Source of the DNA: Minisyncoccota bacterium
GTDB taxonomy: Bacteria; Patescibacteriota; Minisyncoccia; Moranbacterales; UBA2206
Reading direction: 5' to 3'
Assembly: GCA_031291955.1 (NCBI GenBank)
Contig: JARLIA010000014.1
Coordinates: 666 to 64,665 of the forward strand
DNA: 64,000 bases
The translations under genes were made by a program, and so were the position numbers. Shown one piece after another: positions 8,048-18,156 of the stretch. The notes beneath the pieces were generated by a model. It ran no database searches and was not told the origin of the DNA. It worked only from the letters and a program-made list of their open reading frames with translations. Within the stretch, counting starts at the first letter, position 1. The number at the start of each line of letters is the position of its first letter.

Positions 8048-11000
8048 TTACGGAATTTGCTGAAACATCCCTGTCAAATTGTGAAAAACAAATCCAGCCA
8101 ATGAGCCGCCTGCGTAACCATTTGGAATCTCTACCCAACCCAATAAATAATCGTTATAAGGTATCTGTGGGAGTGTTGCCACAGCTTGCGTTGCTTCAAT
8201 GCTCCCTTTGATAATTTGCGGTGAGTGAGTTGGGCTTAGCACTATAGCGACTTTCCGATAACATGTACCAGTGCCTGATCCCGTACACCACGCAAACGGC
8301 ACACCGGCGGCTGTGCAACTAGCGCTACAATCGGTTGTTGTATTTACACCAGTCAGATCCCACCAGTTGTCATGTGCCGTCCAATTATAAAATGTGCCAT
8401 TAAGAACCAGGGTGGCGTTGTTCGAGCTTTTCACGTAACCAGCATTTGTGGCGTTGGTAAGTCCTGCCCCATTGGCATTATCCAGTATGCCGTAGCCTTG
8501 GCTAGCGCCTTCTATCATATTATTCACCATCATACCTGTTTTCCAAGTGCTTGATGGGGGTGTTCCTGGAAAAAAGAGATCAGTTGTAAAACCTGAAACA
8601 TTATTACCTGATATATTAGTTTGTCCTGTAGTGACATCTATCCCATAATCCGCAGTTATACCATTTATTGTTTGACCGATGACTGTATTGCCAGTTATAT
8701 TCACGCCGTATGAAGCACACGTTCCGGTTCCGTTCCCTGTGCAACATGCAAACGGTACACCAGGAGCCGTACACTGTCCGTTACTTGTACTTGTTGCTAT
8801 TCCGCGAGTTCCACTTACATAATTATTTGAAATTTGTGTCCTTGCGTTTGTATTGATTGCATAATTCGTTCCAAGGCACCAATCTAGTAGTGCTATTCCG
8901 TAACCAGAACCGTTTGTAGTCCAGTTTCCGGTAACTACATTATTAACGATTTGTGTCCCAATTCCTGAAAGTACAATTCCTTCTTGTATATTTTCTACGT
9001 GATTTCCGTCCACTATCATATTCACAGAGTTGCGGTGGGAGTTTATAGCTTGCCCGCCATTAAGCGGAGGTAAGGCACCGCTAAACGAACACCCCTTAAT
9101 TGTAGGGTTCCAATCTAATTCATAACCTGCTGATGTAATGCCATTTCTAACGTTTATTCCTTTACTGTTTTCAATAGTTGCCCAATTATTTCCATTACTC
9201 AAGCTATAAGGATAGCCGGCTGGATAAGTTGTATCAGCACAGTTATACACTTCGTTATTTGTCATTAAGCCATGATCAGTCCAGTTAAAATCAAAACCGC
9301 CAACGTCACAATTAGTACTCTTGCTGTCCATAATAATTGGACTGTTAGCATATCGTATTCCAACAGCACTTTGTCTTTGTCCTGATCCTGCGCCTGTGAT
9401 TTTTACATTATCTAGTACAGGATTCTCTATAGGAATAATCCTAGTGAGAGTCATTACATATCCACTTCCCGCACTAATTGTATAATCAGTTCGAAGTCCT
9501 GTTTTTAATGTTATCGTGTTATTTCCAACAGATGCAATTGAGGACAGTTCGCTTGTTACATAATTTCCAGTTCCACAACCACCCCATGGCTGAGTGGATA
9601 TAATTTCCAGCATGTCACCAGGGGCAAATCCGGTTGAATTTGCAACATTAAGCGTTAGCGTTGTTGTAGGCACAAACGTATTAGTTACATCCAAAGGGCC
9701 GGTGACTGTGGTTGTCGTGGTTGTAACTGTGCCTGATATCATTAAAGCTGTATAAGGTGGGCCGCATGTACCAGCATGATAACCCGTGCAGCATCCATAA
9801 GGAGCGGCGGCGGCTGTACATGCGTTATTGCCTGTAGAAATCAAATTTACACAGTCAAGAGCCAGGTCTTTAATAGTTAAATTATTGATATTTGTATAAA
9901 CTATATACTCATTATCTTTGTAAGTTTTTGATACATCGCCTAAAAGTGTGCCTCCAACATTTACTAATGAATTACCGGCTGCTTGAAGAGCTGCAAAATC
10001 ATCAGTAGAATCATCTCCCTTCGCTCCAAACCACTCTGGATAGACCGTCCCGCCATTGCTGAACGTCACGGTTCCCGTCCCTGCAAATATCTGGTAACGT
10101 CCAGCGGTTGGTATGGACATGCTTAGCGTGTGTCCCGTAGTAGTGATCGTCGCTCCCTGCATTGGCCTTAAATCGCAGGTGAGAGCCAGATCACCCGTAA
10201 GCGTCACGGGCGCGGTCAGATAGACCGTTCCGGCAAAGTTCGCATCGGCTGTAAGTTGGGCCAGGGTGTTGGCGGTTATATACGTACCTCCTATTTTTAC
10301 CGAGCCATCAAATTGCGCATTCCCGTTCACCTCCAATGCCGCTTGGGGATTGGTCGTACCGATTCCCAAGTTTCCTTGGATCGCCACATTGCCGTCGGCC
10401 ATCAGCTGGCTAGCATAGAGCGAACCGAAAGTGGCGCCACCAACCACCGACAATTGAGAACCGGGAGACGTCGTTCCGATTCCTACTTGACCGGAACTGT
10501 TAACCGTCAGTCCTTCCATTCCTCCGCCCGCGCTGATATGGAGCGGATTGAGAAGCGATCCAGTGTTGGTGGTGATGTTCATGAGATATCCTGTTCCGGA
10601 ATTTCCAGTGGTATCTGAGAGACTAAAAAGATCATTCGAGCCAGTACTCGCGCCGAAAGTCAAACCAGCCTTATTGCTTCCCATCGAAAGGGTGGTGTTT
10701 TGAGTGGGATTCCCCAGTTGGCTAAAAGGCAGCGTTCCGGAGAGACTGCCGGCGGTGGTAGCTGTCGTTGCATTGGTTGCATTGGTTGCGGAAGTCGCGC
10801 TGGTGGCTGTCGCGGCGTTGCCGGAAATACTGATGCCGTAAGTGCCGGAGATGAGAGCATTAGCAGTCAGCGTGCCGGAACCGGCCGAAAGAGTTTGTCC
10901 ACTCCCAAGACTAAGAGCCTGATCCAATTTGGACGCGGTGATGGCGCCATTGTTGAGACTTATGGTAACACCGCCGCCGAGGATTGAGTTGCTACCGCCG

Positions 11001-11758
11001 GCAACAGTCAGGCCGGAAGAGCCGGTGATATCGCCCGTCGACTCATTGGCCCATTTATTGGAACTGTTCATAACCAAAACATCGCCCGCGGCCGGGTTGG
11101 AGATATCAGTGTCAGTAAGAGCCGAGAGAGTGGTCACGCCGCCGGAGCCGACTATTTCCGACCAGCCGGTGTTGGTAGCGGTGCCGGAAGTTTTAATGTA
11201 AAGCTTGTCATTGGTCGAATCGATAGCCATATCTCCCACCGACCCGGTCTGGACGCCATTGGGATCGCCAGTGCCCTGATAGACACTGGTGCCATTGACA
11301 GCATCGGCGTTAAAAGCGTAGGCGGCCGCACCGATCCGTTGTCTCGGAGACATCTCAACATCGGTGCCAACAGTGATGCCGGCGTAGTAAGTGTCCTGGG
11401 AAAAATCCACCGTCATCGTGTTGCCGGATCCCGAACCGAGGAGCACCGTAAAATTACCATCTTTGACAGCGACCGCATTGCTGTTAGCAGTAGTGTAATT
11501 GCCTGTCCAGACCGGCGTGCCGCCGGTGGCAGTGGTGTAAATTTTAAACACCATGTCATAATTGCCGTCAGTCGCGATAGCTCCACTGAAAGATTTTAGA
11601 ACACCGAAGTAGGTCAGTTCCTTGTTAATACCGGAAGCGGCTTTCACGTTATGGAAAACAAAAAGACCTCCCAAGAGAATCAGGGAAATCAAAAGATATC
11701 TGAAAAGTTTCGAATTCCGCGGTTTAATTAAGAGAGAGGGTAGGCTTGGGAATTTCAT
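8048..11758 (-). CDS. Large secreted adhesin / tail-fibre-like protein with C-terminal parallel beta-helix
   Basis: Signal peptide; PRQRIGAAAYAFNA; GQVGIGTT and GNLGIGTT repeats; PEWFGAKGD beta-helix start; ISNN/ITGN/ISGN repeats. Confidence 0.8.
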   Translation of the reverse strand: MKFPSLPSLLIKPRNSKLFRYLLISLILLGGLFVFHNVKAASGINKELTYFGVLKSFSGAIATDGNYDMVFKIYTTATGGTPVWTGNYTTANSNAVAVKDGNFTVLLGSGSGNTMTVDFSQDTYYAGITVGTDVEMSPRQRIGAAAYAFNADAVNGTSVYQGTGDPNGVQTGSVGDMAIDSTNDKLYIKTSGTATNTGWSEIVGSGGVTTLSALTDTDISNPAAGDVLVMNSSNKWANESTGDITGSSGLTVAGGSNSILGGGVTISLNNGAITASKLDQALSLGSGQTLSAGSGTLTANALISGTYGISISGNAATATSATSATNATNATTATTAGSLSGTLPFSQLGNPTQNTTLSMGSNKAGLTFGASTGSNDLFSLSDTTGNSGTGYLMNITTNTGSLLNPLHISAGGGMEGLTVNSSGQVGIGTTSPGSQLSVVGGATFGSLYASQLMADGNVAIQGNLGIGTTNPQAALEVNGNAQFDGSVKIGGTYITANTLAQLTADANFAGTVYLTAPVTLTGDLALTCDLRPMQGATITTTGHTLSMSIPTAGRYQIFAGTGTVTFSNGGTVYPEWFGAKGDDSTDDFAALQAAGNSLVNVGGTLLGDVSKTYKDNEYIVYTNINNLTIKDLALDCVNLISTGNNACTAAAAPYGCCTGYHAGTCGPPYTALMISGTVTTTTTTVTGPLDVTNTFVPTTTLTLNVANSTGFAPGDMLEIISTQPWGGCGTGNYVTSELSSIASVGNNTITLKTGLRTDYTISAGSGYVMTLTRIIPIENPVLDNVKITGAGSGQRQSAVGIRYANSPIIMDSKSTNCDVGGFDFNWTDHGLMTNNEVYNCADTTYPAGYPYSLSNGNNWATIENSKGINVRNGITSAGYELDWNPTIKGCSFSGALPPLNGGQAINSHRNSVNMIVDGNHVENIQEGIVLSGIGTQIVNNVVTGNWTTNGSGYGIALLDWCLGTNYAINTNARTQISNNYVSGTRGIATSTSNGQCTAPGVPFACCTGNGTGTCASYGVNITGNTVIGQTINGITADYGIDVTTGQTNISGNNVSGFTTDLFFPGTPPSSTWKTGMMVNNMIEGASQGYGILDNANGAGLTNATNAGYVKSSNNATLVLNGTFYNWTAHDNWWDLTGVNTTTDCSASCTAAGVPFAWCTGSGTGTCYRKVAIVLSPTHSPQIIKGSIEATQAVATLPQIPYNDYLLGWVEIPNGYAGGSLAGFVFHNLTGMFQQIP

Positions 11759-11769
11759 TTTATTTTATT

Positions 11770-11970
11770 TTATTTTAATAATTTTTTTAGCTCGCGCCGG
11801 TCAATCTGATTGAGTTTGTGCTCCACGACGTTTTTCAATCTCTCGTCCATCTTCTCATCTATCTTATTGATTTTTCCATCCACAATATTCATCTTTTCGT
11901 CCATTCCGACAAAACCTTTTTATACCATCCTTGCTAGCTCATCAATCATCATTTCTTTGTTTTTCTCCAT
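11770..11970 (-). pseudogene. Small coiled-coil protein interrupted by an in-frame TAA
   Basis: MEKNKEMMIDELARMV*KGFVGMDEKMNIVDGKINKIDEKMDERL...LLK*; internal stop at 11920-11922. Confidence 0.6.
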
Positions 11971-12134
11971 ATTTTTTAAAATGATTTTACACTTTTAATT
12001 TTAACACCCCCAAAAACTGTGTCAACAAAAAAAACCACTGTGGATAATCCAATCCAAAACCAAAACTCCGCCTCTTCTAATTTCACAGGCGGAGTTTAGT
12101 TTTTGTCGCGGATTATCTCTCTCATAGATTGTAC

Positions 12135-12485
12135 TTAAGCTTGGTACTGCGTAGTCGCCGCGGAAGAGCTCCATGCTGCCAGAGCCGCCACGATGATACC
12201 CAGGATTATGTCATTCCAAAGCGAAGAGACATTAACATAGCCCAAGAAAAACGGAGAGATGATCAACCAGAGACCCAGGATCACATTGATCCAACTTAGC
12301 CAACCGGAGGTGGTCGGCGTGAAGAGCCGGATAAGCGCCAAGATTCCAACGATGATTCCGATAGTGATGTCATTAGAAGCGGCGGAGGTATGAGAGTAAT
12401 TCAAAACATACGGCGCGACAATTAGCCAGATCGCGGCCAAAACGTTGAGTCCGCTGGCGGTCATAGCTTGTTCCCTGTTTGCCAT
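12135..12485 (-). CDS. SPW-repeat membrane protein
   Basis: Two repeats, WLIVAPYVLNY and WLIISPFFLGY; strong SD (AAGGAGGTG). Confidence 0.85.
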   Translation of the reverse strand: MANREQAMTASGLNVLAAIWLIVAPYVLNYSHTSAASNDITIGIIVGILALIRLFTPTTSGWLSWINVILGLWLIISPFFLGYVNVSSLWNDIILGIIVAALAAWSSSAATTQYQA

Positions 12486-12607
12486 ATTACTTCACCTCCT
12501 TTCTTAATTTTGGCTGTCCTCTCCGCAAATTTTCCATCATCTCCTTATCGTTATGGATTGCGAAAGACTTGATCCAAATGTGATTTTAATACATTTTTAT
12601 TTTTTGG

Positions 12608-15600
12608 TTATTTCAATCCGGCCATGACCACCACCGTAGCTTTCCTTTCGAACTTCCCCCACTTGACCAGACGGCCTTTCAAGGCCGTGACAACCGCCTT
12701 GATAGCCACGTAATACATAAGCTGGCGATAATAGAAACGCTGGAGCGGCAACCAAAACAGCAGTCGCCAATCTTCTTTGTGTTCAAGGAAAAACGGGATG
12801 GCCGCCGTAACCAGATCGACCAGCAGGAAGAATATATAGAAAATAAGAAATTTCTTGAAAGCGTAAAGCGGAGAAATGTCGCCGGCCGGATGAAAATAGG
12901 TCTGCCAAGCTCCCCAGAAAAGCGTAATGACCATCATTAGATCCATGAGAGGCGAGACGAGAGGAAAGAAAATCTGGAAGATAAAGATATTTGGAATGCC
13001 AAGAAAGCCCAGCGCATTGTATTCCTTTTTCACAGCCAGGTCCTTGTGTTTCCAGGCAGTTTGGAACATCCCATACATCCAACGGAAACGCTGCTTGATA
13101 AAATTTTTAGTGGAATCAGGCGCTTCGGTATAAGCAATGGCTTCGTCGTCATAGGCAACCTGATGCCCCTGACGGATAATGCTAAACGTCAGATCTGCAT
13201 CTTCCGCCAAAGTGTCCTCGGAAAATCCTCCAGCCTCCAAGATAGCGCTTCGCCGCCAAGCACCGACCGCTCCGGGCACCACCGTAATGCAATTAAGCGC
13301 TTCAAAAGCCCGCCGATCCAGGTTTTGACTGGTGATATATTCCAGCGCCTGCCAACGCGTGAGAATATTTATCCGGTTCCCCACCTTGGCGTTGCCAGCC
13401 ACCGCCGCCACTCTCCGGTCCAGAAAGCAGCGCACCAGCTTTTCGATCGTATCCGATCGGAAAACCGTATCCGCGTCGAGAGTCACAATTATTTCCGCTT
13501 TGGTCATCGCGATGCCGAAATTGAGCGCTGATGATTTCCCGCCATTTTCTTTCCTGAAGATTTTGACCCAGCCGTTTTTCCCGAAATTATTTTCTAACAC
13601 CGCCCAAGTGCCGTCCGTTGATCCATCGTCAACCACGATAATATTGAAATTCGGATAAGTCGATCGCAAAATGGAATCAACCGTCTTGACAACAACTTTT
13701 TCTTCATTGTAAGCGGGAATGATGACGCTAACCGAGGGTTTGTAGTGGACGGTTCGGGAAAGTTTCCGCCAAGCACCCCTCCGGGAATGAGTCCACTGGG
13801 CAATCGCCAGAAGTCCGATAAAAATGAACCGAGCCGTTCCCAGAATGATTCCAACCTTAAACATCAGCAGCATAAATTGATTGAATCCGGAAGCGACCTG
13901 GACCGTTATGTCGTTGGCATAAGCGATAGCTCTTTCCTCGAACGTAATTTTCGGCATCACACTGTCTCTCGAAATCCCGAGCAAATCGGAAACCGGGACA
14001 ATCTGAAATCCCGCCGCCCGCAATCCCTCGATTATTTTCGGCAAAGCTTGGACTGTTTCTTCACGGTTGCCGCCGCCGTCATGGAGCAAAACGATGTTTC
14101 CCTGTCCGTTCTTGGCGGCCGTAAGAACCCGATTGACAATCTGAGAAACGCCGGGACGTGTCCAATCAGATGGATCAATATGCATCGAAACGGTGTAATA
14201 TCCAAAATTACTGGAAGACAATGGCTTCACCTGATCGGGCGTGGTCGGTTCAATATCTTCGGCGTAAGGCGGGCGAAAAAGCAAGGTTTTGTGTCCGGTG
14301 ATCGCTTCGATGACCCGCTGGGTGGCGCCTACTTCAAAAACAAACTGGGCGCCGGTTATCTTGGAAATATCTGGATGAGTGTAAGTATGATTGCCAATTT
14401 CATTGCCGTTGACATATTCCTCTCGGACTATATCCGGACTGAAATTGGCGTTGACGCCTATTACGAAAAAGGTGGCCGAAGCATTCTCTTTCTTTAGAAC
14501 GTCCAAGATTTGAGGGGTATATTTATTGTCCGGGCCGTCATCAAAAGTCAAGGCGATTTTTTTACTGCCCGTCCCCCAGCGATTGATTACGTAGGGAGAT
14601 GGGTAGCTCATGATCTGAGTTTTTTTTATGAGTCCCGAAGCGGAATCATAGTTTATTTGGCGCCAACCGCCCTGGGGCGTTTCAGTCACCCGCAAAATCT
14701 CACCCTGACCCTGATAACTGATGTCATAACCATATTGCATATTGGATAACGCTTGGGCGGCGGAAGCGTCCAGATTTTTGTCATTTATAAAATCATTCCA
14801 GACGGTCGGATCTTCCGCTCCGAGCCGCCAAAGAGCGAACCCCGCCGGAGCGCCCGACCGTTCGGCGGCTACCATCTGGTCGTAAACAGAAACACCATCT
14901 AAAAACCAGACATGATGAAGAATATTGTTGGCGTCGGTATAATCAAAAGTCGGATTAAGCGACTGACTGTCGAGATTCACCGCAGCGTTCGCTTTTTTAG
15001 CTTCCTGGATCGCCTGCTCGAAAGTGAGATCAATTCCCGAACCCGAGGGAGCGGGGTTGTCTCCAGACCAGTCATAGCCATAGTTCCCCAGAGAAATAAT
15101 GAATTTTTTGGCTGAAACCTCGGAAAATCTGTTCGCAATTTCCGCCTCAAACCAAGGCTGGGAAGCGATCGGCCCGGGTCCGGTATCATAAACATCATGT
15201 TCGTCATATGCCATCAGGATCAAATAATCGGCGTTCTGACTAAGCGCCTTGTAATTGAATGACGAGTCATCCAGGGGCACATTCATGGTCACCTCCAGTC
15301 CCAGCGGATGGAATTTTTGATAAAGTTCCTGCATGAACAACACCAAATCGGGCTGATCCTGATTTGACACATTCTCAAAATCAATTGAAATTCCGGCAAA
15401 TTTATTCTGCTGGACGTAAGTTAAAAGACTGTCCGCTGTTTTGGTTCGCAAGGCCGGGTTTTCCAACATCGCGGATAGGCGCCCGCCGTCAAAGGCCTGA
15501 GTCTGATTGTTGAAATTATCGATAAGAGGCGTAATGCGCAAGCTGGGACGATTGGCTTGGATATAACCCCAGACATCCGATTGGTAAGACTGGTTGTAAG

Positions 15601-16057
15601 GCGTCACCGTACCCTGGTTGTCGGAAAGATTGAGCCACTCGGGCACCAACTGATCAATACTGCCCAGATTCTGCTTAAGCGACACCAAGCTGTTGTCGTC
15701 CCAGTTGACAAAATAGGCCAATGTTTTGGGTTTTGTTGTGGTCGGATCAACCGGATCCATCGCCTGTCCGACCAGAAGAGCGTTCTGCATAAATGGGATT
15801 TGAAGACCAGGCGCGCCCAAACTGGCCGGGGCGCTCGCGGCCGCAATGCCAGAAGCTGACTGCGGCGCGCTCCGATAAACTCCGGCCGGATCCTGGATAT
15901 CCAGTTTTGGAAGTTTGGGCGGAATAATGACACTAGCCAAAGTGACGCTAAAAACTGTCGCTAAAAAAAGGACGAGTGGAACAAGCGTCCTTTTGGAATA
16001 GCGCCAGCGTCGGTGTTTCTTATCATAAAAAATTGGAGGTTTTTTTTGCGCAGTCAT
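12608..16057 (-). CDS. Tri-domain GH18 + NodB polysaccharide deacetylase + processive GT2 synthase
   Basis: GH18-like GISIDFE and LMAYD; CE4 TFDDGP, NHTYTHP, FRPPY and LLHD; GT2 DDGSTD, DAD, TLAED and QRFRW with TM helices. Confidence 0.93.
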   Translation of the reverse strand: MTAQKKPPIFYDKKHRRWRYSKRTLVPLVLFLATVFSVTLASVIIPPKLPKLDIQDPAGVYRSAPQSASGIAAASAPASLGAPGLQIPFMQNALLVGQAMDPVDPTTTKPKTLAYFVNWDDNSLVSLKQNLGSIDQLVPEWLNLSDNQGTVTPYNQSYQSDVWGYIQANRPSLRITPLIDNFNNQTQAFDGGRLSAMLENPALRTKTADSLLTYVQQNKFAGISIDFENVSNQDQPDLVLFMQELYQKFHPLGLEVTMNVPLDDSSFNYKALSQNADYLILMAYDEHDVYDTGPGPIASQPWFEAEIANRFSEVSAKKFIISLGNYGYDWSGDNPAPSGSGIDLTFEQAIQEAKKANAAVNLDSQSLNPTFDYTDANNILHHVWFLDGVSVYDQMVAAERSGAPAGFALWRLGAEDPTVWNDFINDKNLDASAAQALSNMQYGYDISYQGQGEILRVTETPQGGWRQINYDSASGLIKKTQIMSYPSPYVINRWGTGSKKIALTFDDGPDNKYTPQILDVLKKENASATFFVIGVNANFSPDIVREEYVNGNEIGNHTYTHPDISKITGAQFVFEVGATQRVIEAITGHKTLLFRPPYAEDIEPTTPDQVKPLSSSNFGYYTVSMHIDPSDWTRPGVSQIVNRVLTAAKNGQGNIVLLHDGGGNREETVQALPKIIEGLRAAGFQIVPVSDLLGISRDSVMPKITFEERAIAYANDITVQVASGFNQFMLLMFKVGIILGTARFIFIGLLAIAQWTHSRRGAWRKLSRTVHYKPSVSVIIPAYNEEKVVVKTVDSILRSTYPNFNIIVVDDGSTDGTWAVLENNFGKNGWVKIFRKENGGKSSALNFGIAMTKAEIIVTLDADTVFRSDTIEKLVRCFLDRRVAAVAGNAKVGNRINILTRWQALEYITSQNLDRRAFEALNCITVVPGAVGAWRRSAILEAGGFSEDTLAEDADLTFSIIRQGHQVAYDDEAIAYTEAPDSTKNFIKQRFRWMYGMFQTAWKHKDLAVKKEYNALGFLGIPNIFIFQIFFPLVSPLMDLMMVITLFWGAWQTYFHPAGDISPLYAFKKFLIFYIFFLLVDLVTAAIPFFLEHKEDWRLLFWLPLQRFYYRQLMYYVAIKAVVTALKGRLVKWGKFERKATVVVMAGLK

Positions 16058-16222
16058 TTTTGTTTTTCGGTATAATAGTTATAAAAAATCCTTTTCCAGA
16101 ATATTACAACAATAATACAGCCAGTCTTGCAAAAAATATCCCCCCAATCAGATCAAAGAAAAGAAGCGCTCAAAAGAGCGCTTCTTACGATTACATTCAT
16201 CCTATGATTTTTAATATTTAAT

Positions 16223-17137
16223 TTAATTCCAATAAACCTGATCAGCAGTGATGATCTGTTTCCATGGACCGCTGGGCACTTGAGAGGCCGGGATGAATTG
16301 CCAGTCAGTCCTGTCCTCGTCCGACAGTCCAAGGTAATCGTGAACAGCTGGCGAAACGTCAAGTCCGGCGTGACTGTTAGTTTTGCTGCTTGGAGTAGCA
16401 CTGCCAAAAACATAACTAGAGTCGTTTTCACCGAACGGCCCAACGTCTTCCCACTGGGCGTAAGCGATCTTGCCGCCTTTGGTGATTTTTATCCACTGGT
16501 TCTTGCAAACACTGTCTTGGGAGCCGTATTTTTCCCCGGCCGCCCAAGGCACCACGGACGCTAAGTTTTTCCTATGATTGCCATTGCCGTCGAAATCATT
16601 GTATGGCAGGGCGAAGTAGAAAGGATTTTCTTTGGGTGTAAATCCGGCCGGCAGATAGCCGTTTCTTTTGCCGGGATTATCCACGCCGCCGAAATGAGCT
16701 TGCCAATCATCATCCCAAGCACTGGAAGTATTGGAAATGTCCTTATTATCCGAATCACCCGGCTCTCCCACCCAGAAGTAGGTAGTTGAAATATTCGCGT
16801 GCAGCGGATATGAATTGGCAACGATGGCCGTTTCGGCTGAAGTTGTCTGATCGTTCTGAGACGCCGCACTGGCACCAGGAGCATTGTTCGTTTCTGCCGT
16901 CCCGTTGCTACTAGCCGGCTGGCTATCAGTTTGGCTCGTGTTCGATTTCTTCTTTTTATTTTTTGCTGCTTGCGGTTTTGTTTTTTGCGCCTCCGCTCTT
17001 TGGACATTCCATTTGCCACTGGCGGCCAAAGTGATCGAAGTCGCCCCGGCCAGCACGATCAGCAGGATCGATGCTTTGTAAATAAATTGTTTTTTGTTTT
17101 TTATTTTTATTTTGTCGATCATTTTTTTGATTGACAT
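16223..17137 (-). CDS. Secreted protein with putative double-psi beta-barrel (RlpA/barwin-like) domain
   Basis: TTYFWVGE, FYFALPYND, AQWEDVGP and GLDVSPA motifs; N-terminal TM/signal; fold assignment inferred. Confidence 0.7.
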   Translation of the reverse strand: MSIKKMIDKIKIKNKKQFIYKASILLIVLAGATSITLAASGKWNVQRAEAQKTKPQAAKNKKKKSNTSQTDSQPASSNGTAETNNAPGASAASQNDQTTSAETAIVANSYPLHANISTTYFWVGEPGDSDNKDISNTSSAWDDDWQAHFGGVDNPGKRNGYLPAGFTPKENPFYFALPYNDFDGNGNHRKNLASVVPWAAGEKYGSQDSVCKNQWIKITKGGKIAYAQWEDVGPFGENDSSYVFGSATPSSKTNSHAGLDVSPAVHDYLGLSDEDRTDWQFIPASQVPSGPWKQIITADQVYWN

Positions 17138-17337
17138 CTGTTTTTTTTATTAATGATTAACCCAATTATATTTTGGTGCCGAATATTTTACTATGGAACG
17201 ATAAATCGGTCAACAATCTTCTGATAAAAAGTTATCCACAGGCGATAGACCCTCCAATAAGCCCTACTTTTTCTTTTTGGCATTTTTGGATATTTTTAGA
17301 TGTAGTAAAATTAAAGAAACAGAAAACATTTTTCAAG

Positions 17338-18060
17338 ATGAAATATCTTAACCACAAAAACTTTTTTTCAGTTGTGATTTTCGTAGCGGTCATGACTGCG
17401 TCCGGTGTTTTGGTTTTTTATTCACAAAAACGCGGCCGGTCTCCTCTCCCGCTTCCGGGGATTGTCGGAATCTACTATCCGGTCCACAAAAACATCACCG
17501 TCACCACTTTCTGGGTCGGCGAAAAGGCCGATCGGTCCAACAAGTATATTGCCAACGACCAAAGCGCCTGGGACAATCATTGGCAAGATCATTATGGCGG
17601 TGCGGACAACCCGAACGACCGGAACGGTTATTTTCCGGCCGGATTTACACCCAAGGAAAATCCCTTCTACTTCGCTCTGCCATACAATGATTTAAACGAC
17701 AACGGAACAAGAAGGAGCGACGCGGCCAGTGTCGTCTATTGGTCAGGAAATCAAAACTGGAGCCCCAACCAATCCATGTGCAAGAATCAATGGATTAAAA
17801 TCACTAAAGGCGGCAAGATAGTTTATGCCCAGTGGGAGGACGTCGGGCCTTTTTCTGAAAATGATGCGGCTTATGTTTTCGGCAACGCGATACCAGAGAG
17901 TAAGACTAATAACCATGCCGGGTTGGATGTTTCCCCGGCCGTCGAATCTTATTTAGGCCTCAAGGGAGAAGATAAGATCGATTGGCAGTTTGTAACAGAT
18001 TCTCAGGTGCCCAGCGGTCCCTGGAAACAGATTGTCACCGCTTCGCAAATAAGTTTTTGA
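17338..18060 (+). CDS. Divergently oriented paralog of 16223..17137
   Basis: Same motifs nearly identical (FTPKENPFYFALPYND, CKNQWIKITKGGKI, WEDVGPF); ATG at 17338 preferred. Confidence 0.75.
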   Translation: MKYLNHKNFFSVVIFVAVMTASGVLVFYSQKRGRSPLPLPGIVGIYYPVHKNITVTTFWVGEKADRSNKYIANDQSAWDNHWQDHYGGADNPNDRNGYFPAGFTPKENPFYFALPYNDLNDNGTRRSDAASVVYWSGNQNWSPNQSMCKNQWIKITKGGKIVYAQWEDVGPFSENDAAYVFGNAIPESKTNNHAGLDVSPAVESYLGLKGEDKIDWQFVTDSQVPSGPWKQIVTASQISF

Positions 18061-18107
18061 TTTTATAAAATCGAACAAACACCTGAACCTAAAACACCAG
18101 CTTGGTC

Positions 18108-18137
18108 AAAAAAAGAGCCTTCCAAAGAGGCTCTTTT
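18108..18137. terminator. Bidirectional terminator between convergent genes
   Basis: AAAAGAGCCT-loop-AGGCTCTTTT. Confidence 0.75.
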
Positions 18138-18156
18138 GACAACTTAATTTTCCTAA

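Noticed and set aside
8048-11758. Prophage suggested by the tail-fibre-like protein
   Set aside because: The protein has a signal peptide, and no capsid, terminase, portal or integrase genes are present
12040-12048. DnaA-box-like TGTGGATAA (also near 17232 and 34842) as a replication origin
   Set aside because: Isolated single boxes with no cluster and no dnaA/dnaN nearby
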